The translations under genes and the position numbers were made by a program. This document shows positions 1 through 15,323 of a DNA stretch of 64,000 nt, in pieces (the stretch's first letter is position 1; each line of letters opens with the position of its first letter). The notes beneath the pieces were generated by a model. The model saw only the letters and a list, made by a program, of their open reading frames with translations, was not told where the DNA came from and did no database searches. This DNA comes from the human T2T-CHM13v2.0 reference genome, Homo sapiens. Location of the stretch: assembly GCF_009914755.1 (NCBI RefSeq), contig NC_060941.1, one strand, 5' to 3'.

Positions 1-643
1 GCCCCTTCGCAGAGCCCAAAAATAGCACCGCCCTGGGACGTTCAGCTGGAGAACCAGCAAGGCCCCTACACGGCCAGGCAGGGCTAAGCTGGCGGAGCGT
101 GCCTCAGTTTCCCTGTTGCTAGGGCCGTTCACAAAGCACCCAAAATGCCTAGCACCCCGCTTTACGACAAATCTCTCCGCAGGGCGCCACCCCGTTCCGC
201 GCGCCCCGGGAGACCCCCACCCTGGAGGTAAAGGGATGGAGGCCAAAGCCAGGTCGGAGGACTCGGGGGCGGTGCCCGGGGCTGGGGTTCGGGTTCCCAG
301 AGAGAGCCAGAGCCCAGCCTGTATGGGGGTCGGGAGGGTGAGCCCCAGGAGCAAAGGGATCCCCGGGAAGGAGGACAGGCTTGGAGTCCCGGGGCCGGGA
401 ATCCATCTGAGGTCCGCAGATCGCGAGGGGAGACCCGGGTGAGGCAGGAGCTCCCATCTTTGGAGGAAGGGGATCGCCCAGGGACAGCAGGGTGGGGAAT
501 CCCCAGGGAACTGATCCCTGGCCAAGGTGCGGGATCCACCCAGGATGAATCCAGGTGAGGAGCCGGGAGCCGTGCGCTTAACGGCGGGATTTGGGAACCC
601 GCCTCTGACACGGGCAGCGGGACCGGGACGCCATCCCTCTCAC

Positions 644-669
644 CGCTGGAATCGATTCTTGAACCGCAT
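644..669 (-). CDS. MMD: MMD (monocyte to macrophage differentiation-associated, PAQR11) first coding exon; gene continues beyond the left edge
   Basis: Minus strand reads ATG CGG TTC AAG AAT CGA TTC CAG CG|GTGAG = MRFKNRFQ(R), the N-terminus I recognise for human MMD, followed by a canonical donor at 643, inside a CpG island. Confidence 0.93.
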
Positions 670-892
670 TGATCCTCTGCTCCTCCTCGGGGGCCAGGAG
701 CTCCGTCTCGTCAGCACCGGCGGCCGGGCGCGCGGCCCTCATGGGCTTGGGCTGCTCCGGAGGCCGCCTGCGTGTCCAGCGGAACCCTTCGGCCGGGTAG
801 GGTCGGAGTGGGCCAGGCCGGGGGTCGGGACAGGGCTGGGGCCAGACCGGGCGGCTGGGGGCGGGAGGGAGGCCGCTTCAACGGCCCCAACA

Positions 893-920
893 CCTCCCGC
901 CTCCCGCCTCCCGCCTCCCC
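893..920 (-). repeat. (GGGAGGC)n heptamer repeat with G-quadruplex potential
   Basis: Plus strand cctcccg-cctcccg-cctcccg-cctcccc gives four G3+ runs with 4-nt loops on the minus strand. Confidence 0.75.
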
Positions 921-1010
921 GGCTCCTCCGCCCCGGGGCTCCTGCGCCCCGCCCCGGAGCCCGGCTCCGCCCCCGCCGGCTCTGTTCGCCTGCGTGCACC
1001 CGCGGTCGCC

Positions 1011-1130
1011 GGCGCGTCAGCGCGCCGGTCAGCCAATCGGCACCCCGAGCGGCGCGGCGGCTACGCTGCCATTCATTCCCGCCGGGCTCGGGCGGCGAGG
1101 CGGGGCCTCGCTGGGGAGGGGCGGGGCGAG
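1011..1130 (-). promoter_or_regulatory. MMD proximal promoter motifs: CRE half-site, NF-Y CCAAT box, GC box
   Basis: CGTCA at 1015-1019, AGCCAATCGG at 1031-1040, GGGGCGGGGC at 1118-1127; no TATA box. Motif matches only. Confidence 0.6.
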
Positions 1131-1609
1131 GGGAAGGGGAGGAGCGCGGGAACGCGGCGCCCTTCTGTAAGAGACAAGTTGGAGAAGAGATCGAGGGAGG
1201 GAGAGAAGTGGTGAAGGAGGAGATGGACCAGGAAATCTTAAAAGCATTGTGAAGAAAATAGCAGCAAACAAGCAGCCCTACCTCATTCATTTTTTCTTCA
1301 TCATTAATTTCTCCATCCCTCCTTTCATTTATTCCTTCATCATTTTGAGGGCCAGCTCCCGCGAGGCTATTGTGAGAGGATCCAGGGCAGAATGAAAAAC
1401 CTGTCCTTGTCTGACCCTTGAGGGAGTTGAGATCTCTGAGCGTCTTCTAACTCTGAGATTCAGTGAGATCCACAAAAGGAGGAATCCTCTGCAAGGATCC
1501 TTTTATGTTATCCTCCAGTTTATTTTTTATTTTATTTTATTTTTATCCAGGCAGCTTTCAAATAAACGAGTTGACTTGAATCAGGGTCCTGTCGCTAAAC
1601 CTAAACTCA

Positions 1610-2026
<417 letters not shown>

Positions 2027-2793
2027 TTATATGTGTTCCCTTCCAGGTATCGTGTCCATACCCAGCCCCCAGCCTGCAGGCTAGAGACTCTGAAGTGGCA
2101 TGAGGCCAGCCTGCTAGGAGTGCTCATTCGACCTACAGTAAAGCATTGGAAAGCCAGGGAATTCTGTCACCCATAATTCTAGTTCCCTTTCCTTGAACCT
2201 TCCAGAGAGGTGCTTTCCATGCTTCAATCTTCCCAAGAGCTCCTCCAGATGGGCATTATCCAACTTATTTTACAGATGAGGCTGAGGCTTATAGTGGTCA
2301 ATAAACTTGCCAAAGGCAAAAGTAAGGCTCCTACCTACCTTTCGCTAACTTTAAAGACCCACCTCCTTTCAGTACGTCAGACTATCTCTCCCTGTTTTAA
2401 AGCAATACACTTCTCTAAAACAAAACAAACAAAACAAAACTTCATCTACCCGCACCCTCAACACTAAATCGGGAAAATGAACCTGGAATGAAAGTCTGCT
2501 TCTTATCAGCTATGTTGGGCCACTGGGCTAAAACATCAGTGCGGGAGGGGAAGGTAACAAAGGAGATAGCTAATAAAGATAGATGAAAAATAGCCATGTG
2601 TAATAACATAAGAAGGGTTAAAAAATAAAACAAGGAAGCTCAATTGTAACAGATGTACCACACTGTTGGGGGATTTTGATAACAGGAGAGGCTATGTATG
2701 TGTGGGAAATCCCTGTACTTTACTCTCAATTTTTGAGTGATCCTAAAACTTCTCTGGAAAAAAAAAAGTCTTTTTTTTTTTTTTTTTTTAAAG

Positions 2794-3060
2794 GGCCAGG
2801 CACAGTGGTTTGCACCTGTAATCCCAACACTTCGGGAGGTCTAGGTGGGAGGATCGCTTGAAGCCTGGAGATTGAAACTAGCCTGAGCACCAAAGCAAGA
2901 GTTCATCTCTAACAACAACAACAACAAAATTAGCCAGGTGTTGTGGTAGGCACCTGTAGTCCCAGCTACTTGGGAGGTTGAGATGGGAGGATCACTTGAA
3001 CCTGGGCCACAGAGTGAGATCCTGTCAAAAAAAAAAAAAAAAGAAGGAAGGAAGGAAAGA
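2794..3060 (+). mobile_element. AluJ-like with internal deletion
   Basis: Alu consensus match and A-tail. Confidence 0.85.
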
Positions 3061-3061
3061 A

Positions 3062-3430
3062 AGGCAGTGCTGATATATGTTACAACATGGATGAACCTTG
3101 GAAACACTATGTTAAATGAAAGAAACCAGTCACAAAGAACTGCAGATTGTATGATTCCATTCATACAAAATTCCATTTATATGTCCCAGAACAGGCAAAT
3201 CTATAAAGACAGAAAGTAGATTAGTGGTTGCCTAGGGCAGGGGAATGGGAGGGGATTGAGAAGTGATGGCTAAGCGGTACAATGGTTCTTTTGGGGTCTA
3301 ATGAAAATTTTCTCAAATTGTGATAATGGACGTACAATTCTGTGAATATATAAAAGCCACTGAACTCTACACTTTAAGTGGGTAAATTGTATGGCATAGG
3401 AATTCTATCTTAATAAAGTTGTTAAAAGAT
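3062..3430 (+). mobile_element. Old L1M 3' fragment
   Basis: acaacatggatgaaccttggaaacactatgttaaatgaaagaaaccagtcacaaa...tagattagtggttgcctaggg...aataaagttgttaaaa. Confidence 0.75.
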
Positions 3431-5113
3431 TTTGAAAAATTTTAGTTTCTGTAAAAAGGTTGAAATAGAAATATCTGGAGCACAGAGATCGTCTTATTCA
3501 TGTTTGTATTTCTTGGATACTTTTAACAGAAACTGACACACAGTAGGTGCTCAATAAAGTTATTCATATGAACTTAATTAAAAAATAACAAAACGACAAC
3601 AACACAATGAGCCAACAGATGCCAGATCACATCTTATTAGTGATGTAGGAATGTGCAGAGATAAGAAGTGAACTGAGTATGATGAGCATAATGAGGAAGA
3701 GGTGCCAGAGAGAAGGAAGTCTGCAGATGGATTTTGATTGAGATGCTGGATGGTATCACTTAGCACAAACTTTCCCACTGGGAGAACAGCTTGAACAAGG
3801 AAGAGAAGTGGTTGGTATAAGGAAAACTTTTGAGAGGCTACCTAAGTTTGGAAACATCAGTGAGAATGATACTTACCCAAGGAAAAAGAAATGAATGAGA
3901 TAAAAAGTCAGATTAAATCAGATGAAATAAAACACTTTGACCTACAGTGGTCTCTTCCACAGAAATGCTGGACTATCAACTAAAGGTGACTTAAACAAAT
4001 ATGGTCGCAATTTTAAATTAACCTCATCTTTCCTGAAACCTACCCCCCCAAGGTAAAAGCAAGCCACAAAAGATAAAAAGAAAACACAAGAAACAGGTTT
4101 AAATGAATCATGTAAACACCTGCCACATTTTTTTTAGTGAGGTGTTTAGTGAATCTGTTTCTGAGGAGCAATCCCAAGTATGATTGCAGCAAAGAGGTAC
4201 TCAATTTGATTTAGAGATTAGTGTTGTGAGAGCTGAAGACAATGGAAAATGTTTTGCATTAGCAGAATGTGACATTTTTGTTGAGCTCAGAGTTACAGTT
4301 CTTCTTTCTGCAAAACTGCAGATGTATATTTGCATGGGCATCGCCTGTGCCTATAAGAAGGAATTTGTGATAGAGCTAACTCCAGGTGCAATAGAACAGA
4401 TGCCAGAGGAAAGTTTTAGGAGAGCAAACACCTGCTCTGCTCACGGAGGGATACAGAGTTCCTGGATAGGATGCCATTCATACGAGGAAGCAAGCACCTG
4501 GGACCTGCTCCCCTAGCTCTGATCATCCAATCTGAAAGTAGCAGCTTTTCTCCAAACTTTGACTCCAGACACCTCCGGAAGACTTGACTGAACTTCCAGT
4601 CTCCTCCGGTGTTCTGTAACTGGCTTTCAATCTGTTTTTTTGTTTGTTTGTGTTTTGTTTTTACAAATATGACCGAATAAAGCAAGTTTTAAAATGAAGA
4701 TGCTCCCAGTCTTTCCTTCTTTTCTGAAAAGAAGAATGTCGTCTTTTCCTACTTGGTTTTCTGCCCACAGTCGCTGACCTTTGAGTAGTGCTTCTGTCTC
4801 TCATGCCCCATTGCTAGACTTGCTTGATAAAAACAACTGGATAAAGCAATGGGAAGAAAAAAAGATCTACAGAAAAAGCGAAGGACTTAGGTAGATGGTC
4901 TATATTTATCACCCTGATAAAGATGAATAAGAAAAGAAATCCATGCTCTGGGAGATATTGGTCAAGATGTTTTGAGAGGTGGGTTGGGATTTAGCAAAAT
5001 AGGAGGATTCTTAGGATTGTGAGATATAATAATAAGAAGAAGAATAGGAAACGGGTTGGGAGAAGTTTTACTAACAATCTGAGTTGGATACTCTCATATT
5101 TTCCAAGAAGTAG

Positions 5114-5436
<323 letters not shown>

Positions 5437-5548
5437 TTGAGTCCTTTCTAAAAATTATTTTTGGCTCTTTGGTTGTATTTATTTGAAAGTTACTTCTTTT
5501 AGCAACTGGACTACATGGAAGGAGGATGTACAATGTTTGCACAGATTA

Positions 5549-5730
5549 ATTTTTTTTTTTTTTTTTACTTTAAGTTCTGGGACACATGTGCAGATCATGC
5601 AGGTTTGTTACATAGGTATACACATATCACGGTGGTTTGCTGCACCTATCAACCCATCATCTAGGTTTTAAGCCCTGCATGCCTTAGGTATTTGTCCTAA
5701 TATTCTCCCTCCCCTTGCCCCGCACCCCAC
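5549..5730 (-). mobile_element. Short L1PA 3' end
   Basis: T-run followed by actttaagttctgggacacatgtgcag...tggtttgctgcacc, the reverse complement of the L1PA 3'UTR. Confidence 0.85.
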
Positions 5731-6835
5731 GCAGATTTTTTGAATGCTTAACATGGTTCTAGAAATTTTACATCGATTATCTCATTTTATCCTTAAAACT
5801 ATGCTGTGAGATAGATAATATCATGTCTGTTTTATAGATGAAGAAGTGAAAGCTTAGAGAGGTTTTGCAAATAACATAAATGTGTATTAGTGAAAAAGTC
5901 AAGATTTGAGCCCAGGTTTTCTGACTCCAAGCTCAAGGCTTTTTCCACCCATGCCTCGTCACAGTAGATGATTATGTGTCATTACTCACTGCATGAAGCA
6001 GCGTTCTATTCTCATTGCACAATCAATAAATGACATTCTGTTGGCTGTTGTGGTTGTTTTCCCTCAAAAAAGAACATTTGAATGTAAGCCCCTGACTGCC
6101 TCATGACATATTCTGCTGAGGATTGAGGGTCAGGATTGCTTCAGCTCTTTCTTCAAACAGAGGTTTGAAAGGCAATAAGAATAAGGATGGGAATGTCAGT
6201 GAATGCAAGGAAGGCCTCAAAAGACCAACATAAAGCAAAAGTTGATGGCAATGGTTCTCACAATGTGGTGCAGAGGCCACAAGACACATTAGATAGGGGC
6301 TTTCCTATTGGTCTGTGTGAAACTCATGTCTGTGCTTTTGTTTTGGCCACAGAGAATAAAGAATCATATTTAACACAATGTAGATGCCCCTTATTTGGGC
6401 TCACTTAGCCACTTATCTTGATGTTTCTTTCTTTCTTAGGTGAGGGTAGTAAGAAGCCATTGGGAATAGTCAGCCTGTGAGTTCTTTCATTCTACCAAAG
6501 TCAACTGTGAACAGAAAAGATTTGAGAATCTTAGTGTCTTTGTGTGGTCTCAGTTATTCTATTTGTTCATGATAAATAAGAGTTGGTGGTAAAGATGAAA
6601 GGTAATTTCTCTTGAAGTGCGAAAAGCAGAGTATGTTGGTGGAAATGCCCATGACTATTTCTAAACTCGCACACACTGAAAGATGCTGCTCTGAAACCTC
6701 ACCAGGTGCTGTAGAGGGTCCAGGTAGATATCATCACCCATTTGCAATCTAAATGCAACTGAGCCTCCTTGGGCAAGTCCTAGTACCTGCCTTAATGATT
6801 CTGGAAGAATCACAAATTTAAATGAGTCTCTAAAA

Positions 6836-7229
6836 CAAGGGTCCCCAACCCCCAGGCTGTGGACCGGTACCGGTCCATGGCCTGTTAGGGATCAGGCTGC
6901 ACAACAGAAAGTGAGCTGTGGGGGAGTGAGCATTACCACCTGAGCTCTGCCTCCTGTCAGATTAGCGGTGGTATTAGATTCTCACAGGAGCATGAACCTC
7001 ATTGTGAACCACACACGCAGGGACATTAGAGTCTCACAGGAGCACAAACCCTATTGTGAACTGAGCATGTGAAGGACCTAGGTTGCCCGCTCCTTATGAG
7101 AATCTAATGCCTGATGATCCAAGGTGGAACAGTTTCATCCTGAAACCATCCCTGACTCCTGATCTGTGGAAAAATTGTCTTCTACAAAACCAGTTCTGTC
7201 CCTGGTGCCAAAAAGGTTGGGGACTGCTG
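6836..7229 (+). mobile_element. MER1B (hAT-Charlie) with internal duplication
   Basis: TIRs CAAGGGTCCCCAACC / GGTTGGGGACTGCTG; 8-bp TSD CTCTAAAA/CTATAAAA. Confidence 0.85.
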
Positions 7230-7514
7230 CTATAAAAGCACAGACAAGTAATGTCAATTGTTACTAAAATTTCTTGTGAATATGGAGAAGGGAAATGCAT
7301 TGCACATAACTCTTAAACATCTCTGTATCTCTCTAGTTCTCTGTCATATGGCAGCTACCATATCTCTTTCTCTCAAACAACCCCATGTTTCTATCCAGCA
7401 TTTCTTCCCCATGCCAGTGGGGAAAATCCCCCACCTCCAGAAGATCTGTAAGAAGAATACATTTCTATCTCGTTTATACCACTCTTACTTGGGGCTTTTG
7501 TTACATACAGTTTA

Positions 7515-8317
<803 letters not shown>

Positions 8318-8792
8318 AAGAAGTTCTTTATACAAAGCCTAAATCTGTGAAAACTCTTTAGAGCCAAGGAGGGATAAAATTCCACCCATGACTGCTTCTG
8401 TGTGCATTGCATTAAATTCACAATTTAGCACCATTTAAAAATATAAATCTAATGAGTAAAGAGAAACAAAAATAGGACACACACTCTTCCCCAGATCCAG
8501 CTCAGATTTGCTGCAATACAGATATAATTAAATCAGTGTAGTAACTTCACCTATTCAGAAACTGAGGAATCTTTTTGTTTTGGACCAACTGAAGGGAGGG
8601 CAAGCTGAAAGCTAACATACAAATTCTAGAATAAAGATGTGTATTTTGAGTCCATAGGTCACCAACTTCGTGTCAACAAAAATGGTGACAATGACAAGTC
8701 TTAAGAGATACCTTAATGAAGAAATAACATTCATTTTAAACTGCAGCACCATCATTGCTTACCAACAATTTGCTAAGACTCATAATATTTTA

Positions 8793-9097
<305 letters not shown>

Positions 9098-9200
9098 GTG
9101 AGCAAGTTAAGCAAGTGTCCTATACTTTTTTCTCACTTAAAGTTTGCATCAAAAGCCGTTTCTTCACACAGAACTAAGTTATAAAAAAAAATGTTCCTTA

Positions 9201-10283
<1,083 letters not shown>

Positions 10284-10704
10284 AGTCATAAACCAGGTCT
10301 ATTCATCTAATAATTTTGACATTGGCTTTATCATCCTTATTTTGAAGAGGAGGAAATTGATCCACCAAGAAATTAACTTGCCCAGTGTCACATTTGTAGT
10401 TCATTAGTACTTGAGTCACAGAATTACATAATTATTGAACTGCAAGAAACCTTAGGATTCATCTTGTTCAGCCTTTTCATTTTATGGAGGATTCTGAGGA
10501 TGACAAATTTAAATTTACAACTCTTACCTGTTGTAAGAGTCAGAATTGGACATCTGGGTAGGGTTGCCAGATTTAGCAAATAAAAATATAGGATTCCCTT
10601 TAAGTTTGAATTTCAGTTATCAGCAAATAATTTTTTAGTATAATTCTGCCCCATGCAATATTGGTTGTTTATTCATTATTTATCTAGAGTTCAAATTTAA
10701 CTTG

Positions 10705-11450
10705 GGGCTGGATGTGGTAGCTGATGCCAGTAATCCCAGCACTTTGGGAGGCTGAGGCAGGAGGACTGCTTGAGCCCAGGAGTTCAGGACCAGCCTGGAA
10801 AACATGGCAAGACCTCGTCGTTACAAAAACAGAAGGGAAGGGAGGGGAGGGCAGGGGGAGGGGGAGGGGGAGGGGAGGGGAAGGGCAGGAGAGGGGAAGG
10901 GCAGGGGAGGGGAAGGGCAGGAGAGGGGAAGGGCAGGGGAGGGGAAGGGCAGGAGAGGGGAAGGGCAGGGGAGGGGAAGGGGAGGGGAGGGGAAGGGGAG
11001 GGGAGGGAAGGGGAAGGGGAGGGGAAGGAAGGGGAAGGGGAGGGGATGGGGAGGGGGAGGGGAGGGGAAGGGGAGGAGGGGAGGGGAGGGGAAGGGGAGG
11101 AGGGGAGGGGAAGGGAAGGGGGGAGGGGAAGGGGAGGGGGGAGGGGAGGGGGAGGGGGAGGGGAGGGGGATGGGGAGTGGAGGGGGAGGGAGAGTGGAGG
11201 GGAGTGGAGGGGGAGGGGGGAGGGAGAAGGGAAGGGAAGGGAAGGGAAGGGAAGGGAAGGGAAGGGAAGGGAAGGGAAGGGAAGGGAATTAGCCAGGCAT
11301 GGTGGCCCAGGCCTGTAGTCCCAGCTACTTGGGAAGCTGAGGCAGGAGGAGCACTTGAGCCCAGGAGGTTGAGGCTGCAGTGAGCTGTGTTCATGCTACT
11401 GCATTCCAGCCTAGACAACAGAGCAAAGAAAAAGAAAAAGAAAAAAGAAA
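10705..11450 (+). mobile_element. AluJ-like element with a G/A-rich repeat expanded in its central linker
   Basis: Left arm 10705-10830 and right arm 11287-11425 plus tail, separated by the repeat. Confidence 0.88.
10832..11287 (+). repeat. Polypurine G-rich compound tandem repeat (GGGGA/AAGGG and 16/32-bp units)
   Basis: Almost pure A/G; three perfect 32-bp units at 10877-10972; (AAGGG)12 at 11227-11286. Confidence 0.95.
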
Positions 11451-11763
11451 AAAATATATATATATAAAAGAAAATATATATATATACACACATATATACT
11501 CAGCATTCTGTATTTTATCTGGCAATCCTACCCCAGGGCTTTTAACTTGCCGGGGTCCTTCCCATTCCATAATCTAACAAAGCAAGCTTCAAATATCTTA
11601 TCATTTATTTGTGGGAAATTGTGGTCATGTCTGCAAGAGTTACAAGACAGGAAGACTATGATTTAGTGATATTGTGGTTTTGATGAGACATAAGACCTTT
11701 CTGAAGTTGGGGACAACCCAATATAAGTAATATTTATGAAGGCAGCATAGTTCATTTACAAAC

Positions 11764-12177
11764 TGTCAAAAGACAAAATTACAACAAATTTAAAGATCTT
11801 AATTGGCTTTTGTTTGCCATTCTAGAGTTGGGCAACACCTCATTCCATAAAATTGAATGAGTGTTCCTATGAGCTGAGCAGGGGAGGTTAGCTTCTCGGC
11901 AAGGGCTGAGGAAAGCCCCAACAGAGAACAAAGAGTAGATTGGTGTTCAAAGTTGCTTTTCTTGTAAAGGTTAAGGCAGAGCAGGCTTCCTAAAACTCGC
12001 CTGTTTGGGGAGATGGCTATTATCTCTTGATTTCTTGGTAGGTCAGATAAACAACTCAGTTCCGACATGGTAGCACAGAACATTAGCACGAGTGACTCCA
12101 TTTTGGTTTGGCCTGGTGGATCTAGTGCAGGGGGAGCTCAGTCCAAACCAATGGCCTCCTGTGAATTTTATTCAGCA
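11764..12177 (-). mobile_element. Solo ERV1 LTR, MER65-like
   Basis: Minus strand TGCTGAATAAAATTCACAGGAGGCCATTGGTTTGGACTGAGCTC...TTTGACA; flanks AAAC/AAAT. Confidence 0.72.
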
Positions 12178-13490
12178 AAATAAATCTACAACAAAACTCA
12201 ATTAAATGTAACATCTCTGTGTCCTGTAAATTTAACTGTATCAGAGAATCACACTGTCTGGGCACTCAAGCTAATAACTATCTGTCCCATCTCTTTGTTG
12301 CCAAGTAAGCTTCTCCCCAAAACAAACAAGAGACTCACTGGCAGGAATCACAGTCCTTGTTGTTGGGGGTGGGAGGTCATCTAGGTCCAAGTGGGCAGAA
12401 AAGGTAAAGTCTGGTGAAGCACAAAGACACAGGAAGACTGTGAGCCAAGACTATGGAGAACAGCCCAGGAGAATGTTTCTGTTGATGAGTAAACAGAGGC
12501 TTGGACAAGGTAGATCTGTCTTACTGATAAAGGGACTGGTGCTTCCAGAGTTGACTCATTAGTGAGAACAAAGGAATGCGGGTATTTTCTGGCAATACCT
12601 GTAACTTTGTAAACAGAGATGTGAGAGAGGGCAATGCCAGCGTGATAGGTAGCATTACTTTTTTCTTTACTGACTGGCTTACCACCACCGATAACAGTCA
12701 CGGTTTACACACAAGCCCGAAGGAATGCTAAGCTTAAAAAAAAAAAAAGTTCCACGTTTGCATGGCCTTTCCACTGAGCCTCAGTCACAACTTTTGGCTG
12801 GAGGCAGATGGCAGGTCTAATGTTTTGTTATTGGTTCTTCCCTCCCCTGACACTCATTTTATAAATGAAGCTGCTGAAGTCCAAACACATTAAGGACCAG
12901 TTCAAAGTTTCTCCGTTTTAATAACTTGGCAGTGCTAGAGCTCCAATAAGGTCTTCTCACTCATGATCTGCAAAGTGGGAGCTGGCCTGACTTGAGGACT
13001 GAGCAATGAGTGTGACTTCTGAGTCCACACTGAACATGGAGACACAGGCTTTTAACAATATACACCAGGTTCTTTTTATGCTCCACTTATTTAGCTAGTG
13101 CAAAGGTCAGTTTATCATAAGCAGTGAGGGTTACAAAATCCTAAGGCAGGAAATGTGATGTTGCCAAGCCGCAGGAATTTTATAGCTATGGGGAAATGGG
13201 GTTGTCCTGTGTCTTTCTGTGGCTGCCTCATGGCTGTGTAATCTTTCATGTATGTTTCTCCCTTTGCTCCTACCCCATAGTTGTTTTTACGTCTGTAGAC
13301 TGACTTCCTTTGCTTACTCCTTGGCTTGTCAGTGCCCCATCTTTGAGTCCTTGAGACATTTCACCTTGACTTGCCCTGCCCCGGGGAAACATGTTTTAGT
13401 ATAGTGGTTAAGAGCATAGACTCTGGAGATAGGTTGCTGGAGTTTGACTATCGATTTAAAACTTCACTTCTCTGTTTTCCACTTTTCTCA

Positions 13491-13892
<402 letters not shown>

Positions 13893-14980
13893 CTATGTGC
13901 CACACAGTGACTGGCACATAGTATACACTCAATAAATACAGTTGTTCTTGTTGTTGTTAGTATTGCAACAATTTTAGAGTTTATAGCTCCTACTTGAGTA
14001 TTTTTAAGTCCTAACTTGAAATCTTAGTGGAGAGAGACAGTGGCTGAGCTCATCTTGTCTCATGAGGCTGTAGGGTAGGTAGGCTTTGACTCAAGATGGA
14101 GTGGGGACTGCAGTGGAACAAAGACAGATGATTCATTCACCACTTCATCGGGGGTTGTGGGTAGGAGGCAGATCTTCTAGAAGAGGGGGTGGCTAGCATC
14201 TAAAATATGCCTAATACTCAGTATGTGCTAGAATTTGTTCTCAGACATTCAATATCTAATTTTAATAAGTGCTCAAAGCCCCTGGGTTATAGCATCTGCT
14301 CTTTCTTGCCCCACTTAAGCTGGATAGGGAACTCTTCCCAATCTTCATTCCAATTAAGTGCTTTCTTACATCCCAGAGAGTCCCATAACCAGCCCACATT
14401 TATCAAATGCCTATAGTGTATAAGGCAGCATGGCCTGCACTGTGCATATTGTGGGGGCAGTGACGGTGGGAGCCAGTCACAGGAGGAGAAATAGAGATGA
14501 ATAAGAAACAAATTCTCTTTCAAGGCACTTAAAATCTGGAGGAATTTACAAAATAACTCTATACCAAGGAAGTGTATGAAAAGTATGGTAATGAAAGTAT
14601 CAAGTATATAAAGTGTTAAGGTATCACAGAGAGGGATAGACATATTTTATCTACTGGGGTTTTAAAGAAAGTCTTCATAGAGAAAGTCACTTGGCTTGGA
14701 TGGTAAAGGATGAGAAGATACCAACCAGCAAAGACGAGTGAAAAATATATTGCATACAGACTGGGTGAATACTATGAGTAAGCTTTCAGAGATGGGGACA
14801 TATCATGCCCACTGGGACCACAGCAGATGGTCTGATTTTGTTCAAGTGTAGGTTATTGACTTAATGGGGAAGAGTGTATTATGTGTGTTGAAACATTGGC
14901 ATTGTCATGAAGGATTCTGATACCAAGCTAAAGAGTTGGCGTCTAATTTTCTAAACAAGGAGAACCTATGAAAGGAGGAA

Positions 14981-15323
<343 letters not shown>

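Larger units (their letters stand above)
1..1200. promoter_or_regulatory. CpG island spanning MMD promoter, exon 1 and start of intron 1
   Basis: Very GC- and CpG-rich up to about 1190, then an abrupt change to AT-rich, CpG-poor sequence. Confidence 0.92.
10560..11530. mobile_element. MER53 palindromic DNA element, split by an Alu
   Basis: AGGGTTGCCAGATTTAGCAAATAAAAAT at the left and TGTATTTTATCTGGCAATCCTA at the right. Confidence 0.8.

Noticed and set aside
116-1290. Long overlapping ORFs (up to 241 aa) in the CpG island
   Set aside because: GC-rich sequence lacks stop codons; products are low-complexity Pro/Gly/Arg with no recognisable homology. The real coding segment is 644-669.
4184-4516. 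110-aa ORF in non-repeat sequence, with an octamer ATTTGCAT at 4328
   Set aside because: Non-ATG start, no recognisable protein family, no poly(A)/TSD or exon support; a single octamer is expected by chance.
10684-11493. 160-270 aa Gly/Arg/Glu- or Pro/Ser-rich ORFs
   Set aside because: Translations of the polypurine repeat and Alu arms.
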